Positions 52,403 to 64,000 of a stretch of DNA of 64,000 nt are shown piece after piece. Below the pieces are notes generated by a model. That model was not told where the DNA came from. It saw only the letters and a list, made by a program, of their open reading frames with translations, and ran no database searches. Each line of letters opens with the position of its first letter. Position 1 is the first letter of the stretch. This stretch comes from Gekko japonicus (taxonomy: Eukaryota), in the NCBI RefSeq assembly GCF_001447785.1, contig NW_015162474.1, forward strand, positions 1,428,417 through 1,492,416, written 5' to 3'. The position numbers and the translations under genes are program-made.

Positions 52403-52576
52403 CTGGAAAGGGTGGTGGTGGTCCTCCTGGTCCAGCTGGGCCAGGAAATCTGTCCCCCCCAGGTAGAGCACCAGGAAAACGACCCCTCCCTCTGTTACTT
52501 GGTGGAAAGGTTGCCCGTGAACTGCCTCCTGGAGGACCAGCTTTTCCTTCTCCTGACATCTGGCCTGACTGTGTAG
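52403..52576 (-). CDS. CPSF6: CPSF6 exon 5 (TQSGQMSGEGK...GPPPPFP)
   Basis: ORF track plus AG/GT boundaries; 174 nt. Confidence 0.96.
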
Positions 52577-53639
52577 CTGCAGTAGTGAAATAAAAGTATG
52601 ACATACAATATCAAATTAGAAAGGCTTTCAAATCTGAAAACTAGATCATCTGTCTAAAATTCTCCCATTATTACTTACTATTGTACACTCAGGAATAGTT
52701 TCTGCAAAGATGTGAACAGCTGTCTTAGGCAAGCCCAAGGGCTTAAGAGAACCCAGTGAAATTTGTATCTTTTAGAAGCAGATCAACATGATACAACACA
52801 AATTACTTCTTGGACACACACCCTCGCAAAAAACCCCCCACATATACCTACAGTTTGAGAAAACAAGCCCAAACGTCCAACACAGAAACACTCATACAAT
52901 TTAGTGTGCTGGTCTTTATTACTACTTCCTTTTAGATCTACAAAGCCTTTTTTACCTACAGATCACCAAGTACTTTCAAAAGAAGCACACTAACAAAGGG
53001 TCATTCTGAACCTTTTGCTTATGGTGCTTATCTTAATAATTACACTTTACCATGGCTCAAAATCTGCAGAATTTAGAACACATTATTAGAGGGCTACCAT
53101 TTCATGTATCTTCAGACATGTAGAATTTTCTGCTGAAAACCCCAAGAACTCTGGTAGGACAGCCTAATTCAAAAGAAAATTCAGCCCATATCACTTTATT
53201 AAATGCCTCGAGCTAAATACTAAAACAGGAAATAAAATACACCTCAAGGGAACAAAGCCACCAAATAGTTAAACAAAAGTCCCCACCACAATTGAAAACT
53301 GTCAGGTCCCCTTTTTGAATTCTTTGATAAATAATCATTTATTTGAATTTTTTTTATTCATTATCAATTTACCATCACAGCAGAAGAATTTTGTTTTCTC
53401 TACTACACGATTTTTAGTTCTTAGTGTTTTCTGATAGTTTGGGCTCTTGATCCTTACTCACCATTTCAACATATGGATTTATCAGCATAAAAGGTTGCAA
53501 AACTCAATTCTAAGAGTCAAGATCACAGGATAAACTAGTGTATCTTGTCTACCCCTGCTGCTTGTTCTTTTATTGTAGGATGACTTTTGGTGAGCAAAAG
53601 AATACACAGGAAAAAGGCTACCAGAACCATCACAATGTT

Positions 53640-54112
53640 GCAAGACACACTCTATGAGGCAAGGCTAAAGCATATGCAGCTTTCAATTTAGAAAAAAGAC
53701 AACTGAGGGGTGACATGAAGCCATCTACAAAACTATGTGTGGTGTAGAGAAACTAGATGGAAACACACTATGAAACTAATGGGCAATAGATTCAAAAGAG
53801 ACAAAAGAAAATACTACTTCACATAAGGGTAATTGACTTGTGAAACTCACTGCTTTAAGACATGACAATGGCCACTAGTGTAAGATAGATTTCAAATGGG
53901 GTTGGCCAGATTTATGGAAGACAGGTGTACTGTTAGCTATCATAGCTGAGTGGGGTCCTTGGGTTCAGATGCTTCTGACTGTCAGATGCTGTGGAGCAGT
54001 CTCTGCAGATTTGGCTTGTGGGTCCTGATTGTGGAATCTGATTGGCCACTGCTGGAAACAGGATGCTGAACTAGATGGGCCACTGGTCTAATCCAGCATG
54101 TCTACTCTTATA
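53640..54112 (+). mobile_element. Degenerate CR1 3' end in CPSF6 intron 4
   Basis: Similar to 26510-27030 (CTGAGGGGTGACATG, GACAAAAGAAAATACTACTTCAC, CTAGATGGGCCACTGGTCTAATCCAGCA). Confidence 0.75.
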
Positions 54113-54408
54113 CTATTAAACAGGTTCTGTTCTAATCTAGCATGAAAATGTTGTGTTAACCATGTGAGGATAGTACAGACTAAATCCCATCCTTCCCATT
54201 CAATAATATACAGTTCCCAGTTTTTTTAAAAAAACACATACATCAGAAGTAACTTGAACAAAGCATTCTTTCAATAAGTAAAATTTCTCAAGCACTTCAT
54301 GCCCCCTTCAACCATATATACCACATCTGACACATGCCAAGTTTAAGGGTTTTTCTCCTCCCAAATGTCCCTTGCCTTCACTGAAAAGCAGCTGAAAGCA
54401 ACACTTAC

Positions 54409-54554
54409 TTTTCCTTGATTGCAGTTCAAATTGACTCAGAAACTGCTTATTACATGGAGTTACAACTGGATTCTGACCATGCAATTCTCTTTTAGGTAAT
54501 AGATCCATTAGTTTTTTGGAAGAGGCTTCAGATCCTACACCTACAAGAGCAAAC
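54409..54554 (-). CDS. CPSF6: CPSF6 exon 4 (FALVGVGSEASSKK...QSRK)
   Basis: ORF track plus AG/GT boundaries; 146 nt. Confidence 0.97.
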
Positions 54555-55404
54555 CTGAAGAAAATAATAGTAGAAAAAAATACTTCTTCAGAGATCATTT
54601 AGAAGGTTATGTATCGAACTTTCAATCATTATGCTTCACCATAAACTAGCATCTCTCACTCATATGCTTGTTCCCCATCTTTCTCTCCACAGCAGAACAC
54701 AACTTTTCAGCTCAGAAATATCACTTTTATTTGAAGACTATTCCGGTGCCAAGAGTAGAGATAGAAGGGATGAAACTTAGTTGTAACTAACAATGAAGAA
54801 AGTTGGAAGGGGCCATACACACCATCTAGTCCAACCCCCGCTCCACCCCTGCATGGGGTGGCAGGGGCTGAGGATGAAGCACATAAGACCAAAACCCATT
54901 CCTAACTTCACCCATGATGGAGGTGGAAAAGAGAAGGGGAAGGCACAACTGTCCAAACTGCAATGTTTGAACAGAATTGTAGAAAGAAGAAAGAAAGTGC
55001 TGACACTCAAATTCCTTTTAAAAATAAAGCAAAACAGGTCATTTATAGTAGTAAGAACAAATACAGACATAAAATATATTCTCAATACTACAGCTTCTTA
55101 AAGCATGACCTGAATACTATAGCTACATAATAGCCCTGACTGATGACACTGAGAATTCTCACAGGAGTTCTCACAGGCCAACTTCTTCCATACACAGGAA
55201 CAGCTTTCCTTTTTACCTCTGAAGACATTTTAATTCCTTCTCAAAACTTCTCTATTATGACTACTTCTCTCTCAAGTTCATTTGTCTCTGTATTCTTAGG
55301 CGATACACCTTCCAGGCAAGCAAGATACCACTAAGCTACATTTCCTATTACAAGTGCTGGCAGTAGAAAAGAAAAAGGGATAACAATTATTTCAACTTTC
55401 TTAC

Positions 55405-55508
55405 CCCTTTGACTGACCATTAGCACGATTTTCAAAAAATTTTATCTCCAGAATATCATTTACACCAAGTGAATGAACTGCTTCAGTTAAATCTTCATCT
55501 GTGGTCCA
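55405..55508 (-). CDS. CPSF6: CPSF6 exon 3 (WTTDEDL...GQSKG), RRM
   Basis: ORF track plus AG/GT boundaries; 104 nt. Confidence 0.97.
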
Positions 55509-55842
55509 CTGTAAAATATTCATAATTGACACTTTACTTTTAGAGGTAACAGTTAAAAAAGAACATGACTTCTTTCCCTCTACAATCATCTAAAATAATT
55601 CATCAATAGAGCATATACATATATACTTTCCATCGTAAGAGATCTCATTATCAAAATTAGCTTTGGCTGTTTGAAGATGGCATGCTCTTTTCTAATCCTG
55701 GCTGATAATATGATGAAATTATGTTTCTATTTCTCAAAAACAGAGAGTCCATTAATTTAACGGAATATTAATGATAATGTTCACCAACTCAAATGACCTT
55801 GCTACAATAATTAACTATAGCAATAAGCCGTTTAATGCTTAC

Positions 55843-56052
55843 CCAAGTAAGATTTCCAATATACAATGCAATTCTCTTTCCTGTATATGTGTAGACAACA
55901 TTTGGTGCTGATCCTTTGCCTACATCATCTCCAACAGAGGGTGGGAGAGAGTCCATATAATCACGGTCCTCTGGTGCATCGCCGTTATTGGCAGATGGAG
56001 AAATGACGTCGTCATACAAGTCTATTTGGTCATGCCCACCGTATTCTGCTTC
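55843..56052 (-). CDS. CPSF6: CPSF6 exon 2 (EAEYGGHDQIDLYDDVI...LYIGNLTW)
   Basis: Start of RRM (RNP2 LYIGNL); AG/GT boundaries; 210 nt. Confidence 0.97.
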
Positions 56053-56223
56053 CTGAAAAACAGTGAAGTTATAGATACTAGATTAAAATACGTTTGTCAG
56101 TGTTTTTGCTCTAGTGATTTTTAATCTAACACTAAAGGTTAAGGTCTGGAAATGCAATCCAAGTTTCAAAATAACAGTACTTTATAAAGGCAAAATCCAA
56201 ATATGACTGATCTCTTTGTTATT

Positions 56224-56555
56224 AGGTAAAGGTTCCCTTGCTCGAAAGCCAGTCGAATCCGACTGTAGGGTTGCGGTGCTCATCTCCGTTTCAAAGCCGA
56301 AGAGCCAGCGCTGTCCGAAGACATTTCCGTGGTCATGTGGCCAGCATGACTAAACACCAAGGCACACGGAACGCTGTTACCTACCCACTGAAGTGGTACC
56401 TATTTATCTACTTGCAATGTTTTGCTTTCGAACTGCTAGGTTGGCAGGAGCTGGAACTAGAGACGGGAGCTCACTCCGTCATGCGGCACACTTGGGTCTC
56501 AAACTGCTGAACTATCGACCTTCCACAGCCTGCAGTTCAGCGTCTTAACCACTTG
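56224..56555 (-). mobile_element. Sauria SINE
   Basis: Closely similar to 61037-61375. Confidence 0.88.
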
Positions 56556-57479
56556 ATCTCTTGTGAAGCACCTCTTGCTCCCAGGAGGTGGAAGAAAGCT
56601 GGGAACAGCCTTGGTTTGCAGAAGACACATCTGGTTTTAGTTTCCAAAGAAAGGGAGAAACTGTGTGTCTTTGCACAACTACAGGAAAACACAGACACAC
56701 AAGGACGTCTGTGCCTTGACCTGTGTTCTCTGGTGGTCAATCAGCTGCTAAAAAGCAACCCAAAGCTCCTTTTCTCCCATTTCATTTAAGCATCTTTGAA
56801 TTTTAACCCCAAGAAGCAAGCAGGCAGCAGGGAATACATTCATGCACCAGGCTGGAGATCACCGGCCTAAGGGAAAAGGAAAATCAAGGGGCCTATCAAG
56901 GAAAGAAAAATCAAGCTAGCAGAGTTAAGCAGCCTCTACCACCAATCAGCCTTGCAGCTGTCTACAGATACTATGTGTTTTTTAAAAAATGAGAAAAAGA
57001 ACTACAGAATTATACATCAAGTGTAGTTTGTCCTTACACATTAGAGTAACCAAAATGGTCTAGCATGTGACCTAGAACAGCAATAAAGTATTTTACTCCA
57101 TACTCTGTAGCAACAAAACTAGTTTTGGAATGCTGCTTTTGTAAGTCCTGACATTCAGTTGGAACACTAACATATGATTCAAACATTTGTTCTTTAAGAA
57201 ACTAAATTAAAGCAAATCAAGCACAATAATTCCAGTACAGCACAATGAACCTGAGAAAGCTGGATCCAGAGCCACGCATCAATCCAACACTGGCCTTGGG
57301 CAAATTGCCCTGTCCCACTAACCAAACTGACAGGGCTGTTGGAAAATGACAGAGATATATTTTAGATAACTCCAAACTATGTCAGGGAGGGTGCCCACAA
57401 TTCTCAAAACATTTTTATCTGGCATAACTCTTTTGATTTTGGTATCCAGTATAATGTATTATTTTAAATACTGGTAAGC

Positions 57480-57702
57480 AGCATACTGGTTAGACGGTCA
57501 GACTAGGAGCTGGGAGACCCAGGTTCAAATCAAATCTCCACTCTGCCACGGGGGAACCTTGCTGGGTCAACTTGGGCCAGTCACACCCTCTCAGCCTAAC
57601 CCACATCAGAGAGTTGTTGTAAGGTTAAAATGGAGGAGAGCATGATGTAAGCGACTTTCGGTCCTCACTGGGGAGAAAAACAGGGTATAAATGAAGTAAA
57701 TA
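57480..57702 (+). mobile_element. tRNA-derived SINE (Squam3/MIR-like)
   Basis: GGGAGACCCAGGTTCAAATC B-box, core and AAGTAAATAA tail. Confidence 0.75.
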
Positions 57703-58012
57703 AGTGAACCATAACTCACTTTTGCTCCCTCTTCCTACAGCTTTCTACCACCAGCATAATATAGGTTATTTCTACCTTAGCAGTTTGAGAATCCTAGGGT
57801 CTGAGGCCATAGGAGAAACTAACTTCAACTATGGTATCATGGTGCACAACACTGTACAACTGAGGCTGATCCCAAGCCTTCTGCTTCCCTTATACATTTC
57901 AAAAAGCCAACAAATCTTTAAAGTTAAAGAAGAGCCTGGCAAGAGAGGAACTCACTTGGAAGCTCCTTGGACTAGCTTCTATAGTAAGTGGTTAATCACA
58001 AGTACTCATTAC

Positions 58013-59539
58013 TTCTTCTTTTTTTTGCATCCCCGGAGGGATATTTTTATTATTTTTTATAAGACTACAAAACTACAAAGAAAATATAAGGGAGGGGGCT
58101 AACATCTAAGGATAAAGGATAGATAACCACACTATACTAAAAACCCAAGAGGAGGAGATCATATCCATGTTAATCTAAATGTTATTAATAAAAGTGTTAA
58201 TATAACAATATACTTGTAGAGTTCTTGTTTGTCTCGGCTTCAATGTTATTATGTTAGTTGTGTGAGAGAACTTTCTGAGCATCTTCGTGTTAGTTGCTTC
58301 AAAAGGCAATTTTCAGAGTCCTTCTGCCTTTACTTCGGTTTTCTGTCTCTGAAATCATATGTAACTTTTTGAAGAAAAGAAATTAAATCCTTATAGCTTT
58401 TCCTCTTTTGGCGAATTTCAAATGGAATGTCTTTTAAAGTTTTAATGCTTATATTCCCCATTTTCAGTGGAGTTGCTGAAGACGCTTTAAAAATAGCATC
58501 TCTGGTCTGTCTTCTTGAGAATCTGACCACAATTTCTCCAGGGAGGCTATTTTTTAATATATAATTGGAGTATGCCCTATAAGCAGTCTCCATCTCTTAC
58601 CAGTTCATCCGCTGTTAAGCCTATTACTGGAGCTATGATCTCGCTGAGCAGTTTCCTCAGATCCTCCGTTTGCGATTCAGGAACTCCCTGGAATCTGAGG
58701 ATCATGTTAGCTTTTTCCATTTGTAGCTGTAGCAAACGGTTTTCTTGGAAGTTTTGTTTTGGTTCAACTTCCCCCATTCTTTTCTTCATTTTTTTGTTTG
58801 TGGTGTCTATCTCTTTAATTCTCACAGTCGTGTGTTCCACCTTTCGCTGTTTCTGCCAGTTGTAGCTGCTGGGAGGTCAGTTGCTGGTTAATACCATCGA
58901 GTTGCTCCACCACCGGCTTTAGCATATCCGCTAACATTTTCATGATGTCTGCTCCCTCTTCCAGTTTTGGGCTCTGACTACCTGCCGGTTTCACTTTAAA
59001 CTTTCTTTGCGAGGCCGCCATTTTATACAATTGTTTACAATTCCAAACGCTTCACACTGACTCAAAAAATCATCACCTCGCTGTCAGCGCTCAAGTAAGT
59101 CTCTCCACACAAAATCGCTGTTCATCCCCCCCGTCCCTTTGTTACGCTTATCTGCCCGTTTGCATAAGAGGTGTCCCTCTCTGCACTCCGCTTTTCCCAC
59201 AGGGGTAGTTCGCTTTTAAAATGTTCCGTTTATTTTGAACTCACGTTCATTGTTGGTCATTTCTCTGACCTCGCTCACAGTAAACGATATTCCACTCGAT
59301 CTCCAGCGCTTGTCCCGGTCGAAACAGCTTGTGCCCGAAGGCCACACAGCGGCAGGACCGTCAGGGCGGAGGGAAGCCTCAATTCTCCGGCATTTAGCCA
59401 TCGAAGAGGCTGCCCCTCAAAAGCCCTATGGCCTGGAGCCTTTTGCAAAGCACCCCCCCCCCATACAGCTGGTGTGCAAGTCACTCCCCCAAGGTCTGGG
59501 GAGAGCGACCGCCATCGCTGATCCACAAACCAGAAATCC
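58013..59539 (-). mobile_element. Full-length ORF1-only L1 derivative (HAL1-like) in CPSF6 intron 1, frameshifted
   Basis: L1-like 5' end GGATTTCTGGT..GATGGCGG, CpG-rich 5'UTR, ORF1 (59021-58330) in three frames homologous to 21881..22603, 3'UTR shared with copy 1, AATAAA and A-rich tail, no ORF2. Confidence 0.85.
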
Positions 59540-60399
59540 TTGTTTCAGTTTAATTCCTTTGCAATCCACGTGATTAGTCACTCCTCCTCTTTCATGTTCC
59601 TAGTAAAAACATCATCTTCTTGTATTCAGTGGCCAGATTCAGCCTGCATGGTTCAGTAACATTTGCTGTATATTAGAGTAACTTCCAAAGATGCATCCCT
59701 GCACAAAATAGTTTTACTGAATATATATATATATTTAATTTTATTACTGAATATATTCAGTGCACTGCCAATTTGAAAATTCATCAAAACATCCAATTAA
59801 AATAGACACCAGAGCTTTCCTGATGCTATTATTAAGATAAGAGAAGACATATGAGCATGTTATAGTTGACATAACTAGTCTAACTTTAAAGAGACAACTA
59901 ATCAAAGTATCTACCAACAGGAGGAAACCTGACTAGTGTATTTACTATTCAAAAAATAAATTGCAATATTATCATGTCTTCCTTCCAAGATTTCTGGGAA
60001 TTTTAGTCAATGATGGTACTGACAATTATCTGCCAGAGACCACTTTTATCTCTAGGATTGTATGGGAAATGACTATAGCAACAAATACAAATGTTTACAA
60101 TGAACTTCAAAAACATACTGCAATTTTCAAAATCTGGAGTCTGGAAATACTACTGATGTATTTGTATCAAAATGATCCCTCCCCCCACCCCAACTACGTA
60201 TTAATTTCGAGTTATGTATTCAAAATCTGTATTACCTGCAGTAGCACAGATGATCACATGTAGGGACTGTACCTTTCCACACACATGAATCCACGTGGAA
60301 GTTTTTCAATATCCTCCTTTCTGAAGAACAATGAGGATGCTGAGTTTTCTCTGTAACTAGATCCTCTGAGAACAATTCAGTGGCCCACTTCATTATTGT

Positions 60400-60760
60400 G
60401 TCACCCTAGTGTTGAAAGATCTACACTGGTTGCCTATCTGTTTCCAAGCACAATTCAAAATGCTGGCTTTAACTTAAAGGCACTAAAATGGCTTGGGGCC
60501 AAGTTACCTAAAGGTCCACCTTCTTCCATACTGCCCAGGCTACCAAGTGAAGGTCCCCCTCACAAGCCCTGCTTTCTGTGCCCCTTCTTCCAGATGTGAA
60601 GCAGGTGGGGACCAAATACATGGCTTTCTCTGTGGTGGTGCATCGCCTGTGCAATGCCTTTCTTCTTCAGGCTTGCCTGAAGCCAGACCAAAACATTTTT
60701 CACACAAATTAAGGGGCTGTTTTTTTACCATCATTTTTACAGCATGCTTCTAGCCTGAAC
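60400..60760 (+). mobile_element. L2 LINE 3' fragment, degenerate
   Basis: LHWLP-like (CTACACTGGTTGCC), KALKWLG, and GCTTTCTCTGTGGTGGTGCATCGCCTGTG (AFSV.AP.LW-like). Confidence 0.6.
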
Positions 60761-61036
60761 TGTTTTATGAGATTTTAAAGCTAGTTACTATGCTCTAACT
60801 GGATTTCTAATGCTGCATTTTTGTCAACAACTTTCAGAATTTTATGTTTTCATTAAGGTTTATTCTGTTACCAAGCAATATGTTTATAATACTTTCTCTG
60901 TTGGCTTGGCAAATGTTTTTACAATTACTCCTTTGCTTTTGGTTCAATACTAGAGTTTTATCTGCTGTTATACAAATTATGGCTTTATTTTTTAAACTTG
61001 TATGCCACTATGAGTGACAGTAGAGAATGCAGCTTA

Positions 61037-61375
61037 GTAAAGGTAAAGGGTTCCCTTGCTTGAAAGCCAGTCAAATCCCACTCTAGGGATGCGGTGTTCA
61101 TCTCTGTTTCAAAGCCGAAGAGCCAGCGCTGTCCAAAGACATTTCCGTGGTCATGGGGCTGGCATGATTAAACGCCGAGGCGCACGGAACACTGTTACCT
61201 TCCCACCGAAGTTGTACGTAATTATCTACTTGCAATTTCTTACTTTCGAACTGCGGATTGGCAGGCGCTGGGGCCAGAGATGGGAGCTCACTCCATCATG
61301 CAGCACTCAGGTCTCCAACGGCTGACCTTCAGGTCTGCAGTTCAGCGTCTTAACCACTTGAGCCACCGCAGCCCT
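61037..61375 (-). mobile_element. Sauria SINE, full length
   Basis: (ACCTTT)n tail, GTCATGGGGCTGGCATGA core, tRNA-like head; 12-bp TSD GAATGCAGCTTA at 61025-61036 and 61376-61387. Confidence 0.9.
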
Positions 61376-62479
61376 GAATGCAGCTTATAAATGCCAAAAT
61401 TAAATAAATGTGCATCCAACAATACCCTTCAAATGTTTCTGAGGCTCATTCTCCCAGCCAATAAGGTATGGATGCTCCACAAACCAGTGGTACTGCATCT
61501 GAACCCAGAGGACCATGACACTGAGTTGACTTCTGTGACCAGAGCCTCTCCTATATTACTTATTTTGACTTTGTTTTCATGTTTGAGCAGGGCTACCTGT
61601 AATGTTGTTTTTAACATACTAGCAATACACCATATTAAGCCTGAAAAGAGTGAAGGAAAAACAGGTTTTGGAAATCATTACCTAACAGATTTGGCTTTTA
61701 TAAGCACCTTAAAAATAAAGAAATGGCTTTTTAATCAGACCTAAAACAAGCACCAAGTTTCTGAACAGATATTTAAGATAGACCATACCAATGCCTTTAT
61801 GGGCATCTTTTGCTTTCAATGAGTGCTTTCAAAAATTTTCACACAACCGTTCCAAAATGGTATGGGAGAATGCAATCAAGAGGGGAAGAATAGTACAATA
61901 TGTTATCAGGGTAGCAATGCACCAACTCATATAACTCAGTGGACCATATACTCCCAGCTGCTGTGAACTGCCCACACGGTTATCCAACATAAAAAAAGTT
62001 TGGGATTTCGCATGTTTCTCGTCTGCTCTGCAAGAATAAAGGGGTCAGTCTTTTTGGCAACAAAAAGTATTGGTCTTCACTCAAGCTATCCCGCATAACC
62101 AAGCAACACTAAGCATATAGTGAAGAAACCCTTTCTGACACATACAGCTAACGAATTTCTTGTAAAAACGCAACTATTTTAGTAGGTTGAATTGTACCTG
62201 GCGTGCTTCTTTGCAAGGATCATGGGACAGGTGTAATGAAAAAACACAGTCAGGTTTGTGGGGGTGGTGGGTAGTACTGTTCAGACCCCATCTGCCAATG
62301 CAATCACCCCGGGTGAGTGCGTAGCATCTGAGTATACCTGGAGGAGAGAGATTTAGCTTCTCGCACACATCTCTCTTGTAGACTCCCAAGAAAGCGGCTG
62401 CTGCTTCCTTGTGCCGCCGCGTTCCAACCTTTCTCCTCTCAAGGGAAAAGGGGGGGGGGGGAGGGAGTGTTACAAGCGC

Positions 62480-63140
62480 TGCAAAGCTACGAGAGCCTCC
62501 ATCTCAGGCTCATTGTTTTCCAGCCCCTGGGGCCTTAGAGAGAAAAGCAAATGGGCGCGCGTGTGAGGCGGAGGCACGCAAGTCAGCCGACCGCCTTCTT
62601 GCTGCCGGAGCGCTCACTGTAACTACTCGAAGCGCCGGGCGGGAAAACTCACGGGCCGCTTGACGAGACGCCACAGTCAACAATGGCGGAGGGGTTTCCG
62701 TGCGCCTTGTGAGGCCCAGCCGCTCTCCCTCCCTCCCTCTCACACACGCACAGAAATCCGGCGCCCCCACCCCTACAGTCCCCACCCCCCCGCCTGACTC
62801 GAAGCGTCGCGGCCATGGCGGAAACCAGGCGCGCGGAATCTCCTCTACCTGGTTAAACTCCTCTCCCACATCGGCGTAGATATCGATGTGGTCCACGCCG
62901 TCCGCCATATTNNNNNNNNNNACCCCCGCCGCTGCACCAGCTCCCGCGCCCAGCCGCTGCCGCCACCACAGAGGAGGGGGACTGGGGCTGGGGGGGAAGG
63001 GGTATAACGTCACTTCCGTGGGAACACGAGAGCTTCCGGTGGTGAACTTGGGGTGCCTGTTGAGGCCGGTGGGGGAGGGTGGTGGAGTACTATCACTGCC
63101 GAGAGTGTCCACGAGAGGGTGTGAAGTGGCAAGACGAAAA
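62480..63140. promoter_or_regulatory. CpG-island promoter and first-intron region of CPSF6
   Basis: Dense CpG around exon 1; ETS/CRE-like motifs (ACGTCACTTCCG, CTTCCGG) upstream of the ATG. Confidence 0.85.
62849..62908 (-). CDS. CPSF6: CPSF6 (CFIm68) exon 1, MADGVDHIDIYADVGEEFNQ
   Basis: Matches the vertebrate CPSF6 N-terminus; GT donor; CpG island. Confidence 0.97.
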
Positions 63141-64000
63141 TTGCCTGCTTTCACCATTCCCCCCCAATAGGAGCCTCTTTTGAGACACTGATAAGGGAAG
63201 TAATGGTATCACAGGCTCGGCAGACTACAGCAAAGTTGCTTTTAAGGGTTTTCGTTGCTATGCTATGCCTCTTTACTTGGAAATCCCATTTGGGGGGAAA
63301 GTTTAACTACCCATAGGTGCGTATGATTTCAAACTATTCTATAAATATTTAACTCATAAGTGAACTTCATTGAGTTCACTTACTATCACATATGTATAAG
63401 AATGTGCTGGCTCTGCAGTTCAATCCTATGCAAGCTTACTTAGAGATTATTCAGCAAAAGGTTTTGGTCAAGATTAGAGATATATGTCAGTGTGGTGTAA
63501 TGATTAAAATGCTGGATAAGGACAGGTTCGAATCCCCATTCACTCAGTAGCTCACTTGGTGCCTTATGCTCAACCTAGCGGGGTTGTTGTGAAGATAAAA
63601 TGGTAGTACAGGAAAATGGGTTAAGCTATCCTGAGCTACTTGGAGGAAGGCTAAAAATAGGTGAAATAATTAAAGCTTCCTGCTATAATATCATGGAATT
63701 TTTATTACCTAATACCTCAATATATTAAAACCCACAAATCATCATAGTGAGAGTAAAAAAAAAAGTTAACAGTGATGATAATAAACCATTCTATGGCACC
63801 CTGAATTTTCCCCCCTCATCTATACCCTACTGTTCGGCTCAATGAGGACTCCCAAGTGTGGCTTACAACACTATCCCTTTCACCATTTTTTCCTCACAGC
63901 AACCCTGTGAGATAGGTTAGGATGAGTGTCTGACTGGATCACAGTCACCCAGTAAGAACCTGGGTCTTTTCAGACCTTAGTCTACCACTCTAACCATTAC

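Noticed and set aside
62510-63170. 215-aa and 94-aa ORFs in the CPSF6 promoter
   Set aside because: GC-rich CpG-island artefacts spanning an N-gap; only 62849-62908 is coding

Overview
Vertebrate genomic DNA from a squamate reptile, probably a gecko (inferred from Sauria SINE, Squam3-like SINE and Penelope repeats). It is not prokaryotic. Two conserved genes lie on the minus strand. CPSF6 has 9 coding exons (62908 to 45963, about 551 aa, part of exon 9 in an N-gap), an 11-kb post-stop intron and a long 3'UTR (34902 to about 27230). YEATS4/GAS41 has 7 coding exons (14524 to 10690, 227 aa, intact). The lysozyme C gene (LYZ) that sits between these two genes in chicken and human is not recognisable here. 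That interval holds a deleted DIRS1 tyrosine-recombinase retrotransposon with ITRs and ICR, whose gag is interrupted by an ORF1-only L1 derivative. A second, full-length ORF1-only 'half-L1' copy lies in CPSF6 intron 1. Other repeats are Penelope fragments with minimal hammerhead-ribozyme motifs, CR1, L2, an RTE-like LINE, hAT MITEs and SINEs. The most notable unexplained signals are (1) splice-flanked, partly phase-compatible plus-strand exon-like segments antisense to CPSF6, possibly a decayed nested gene, (2) the reptile half-L1 family, and (3) competing splice donors after the CPSF6 stop codon that could act as an NMD switch. Repeat family names come from recalled consensus features, not database searches.
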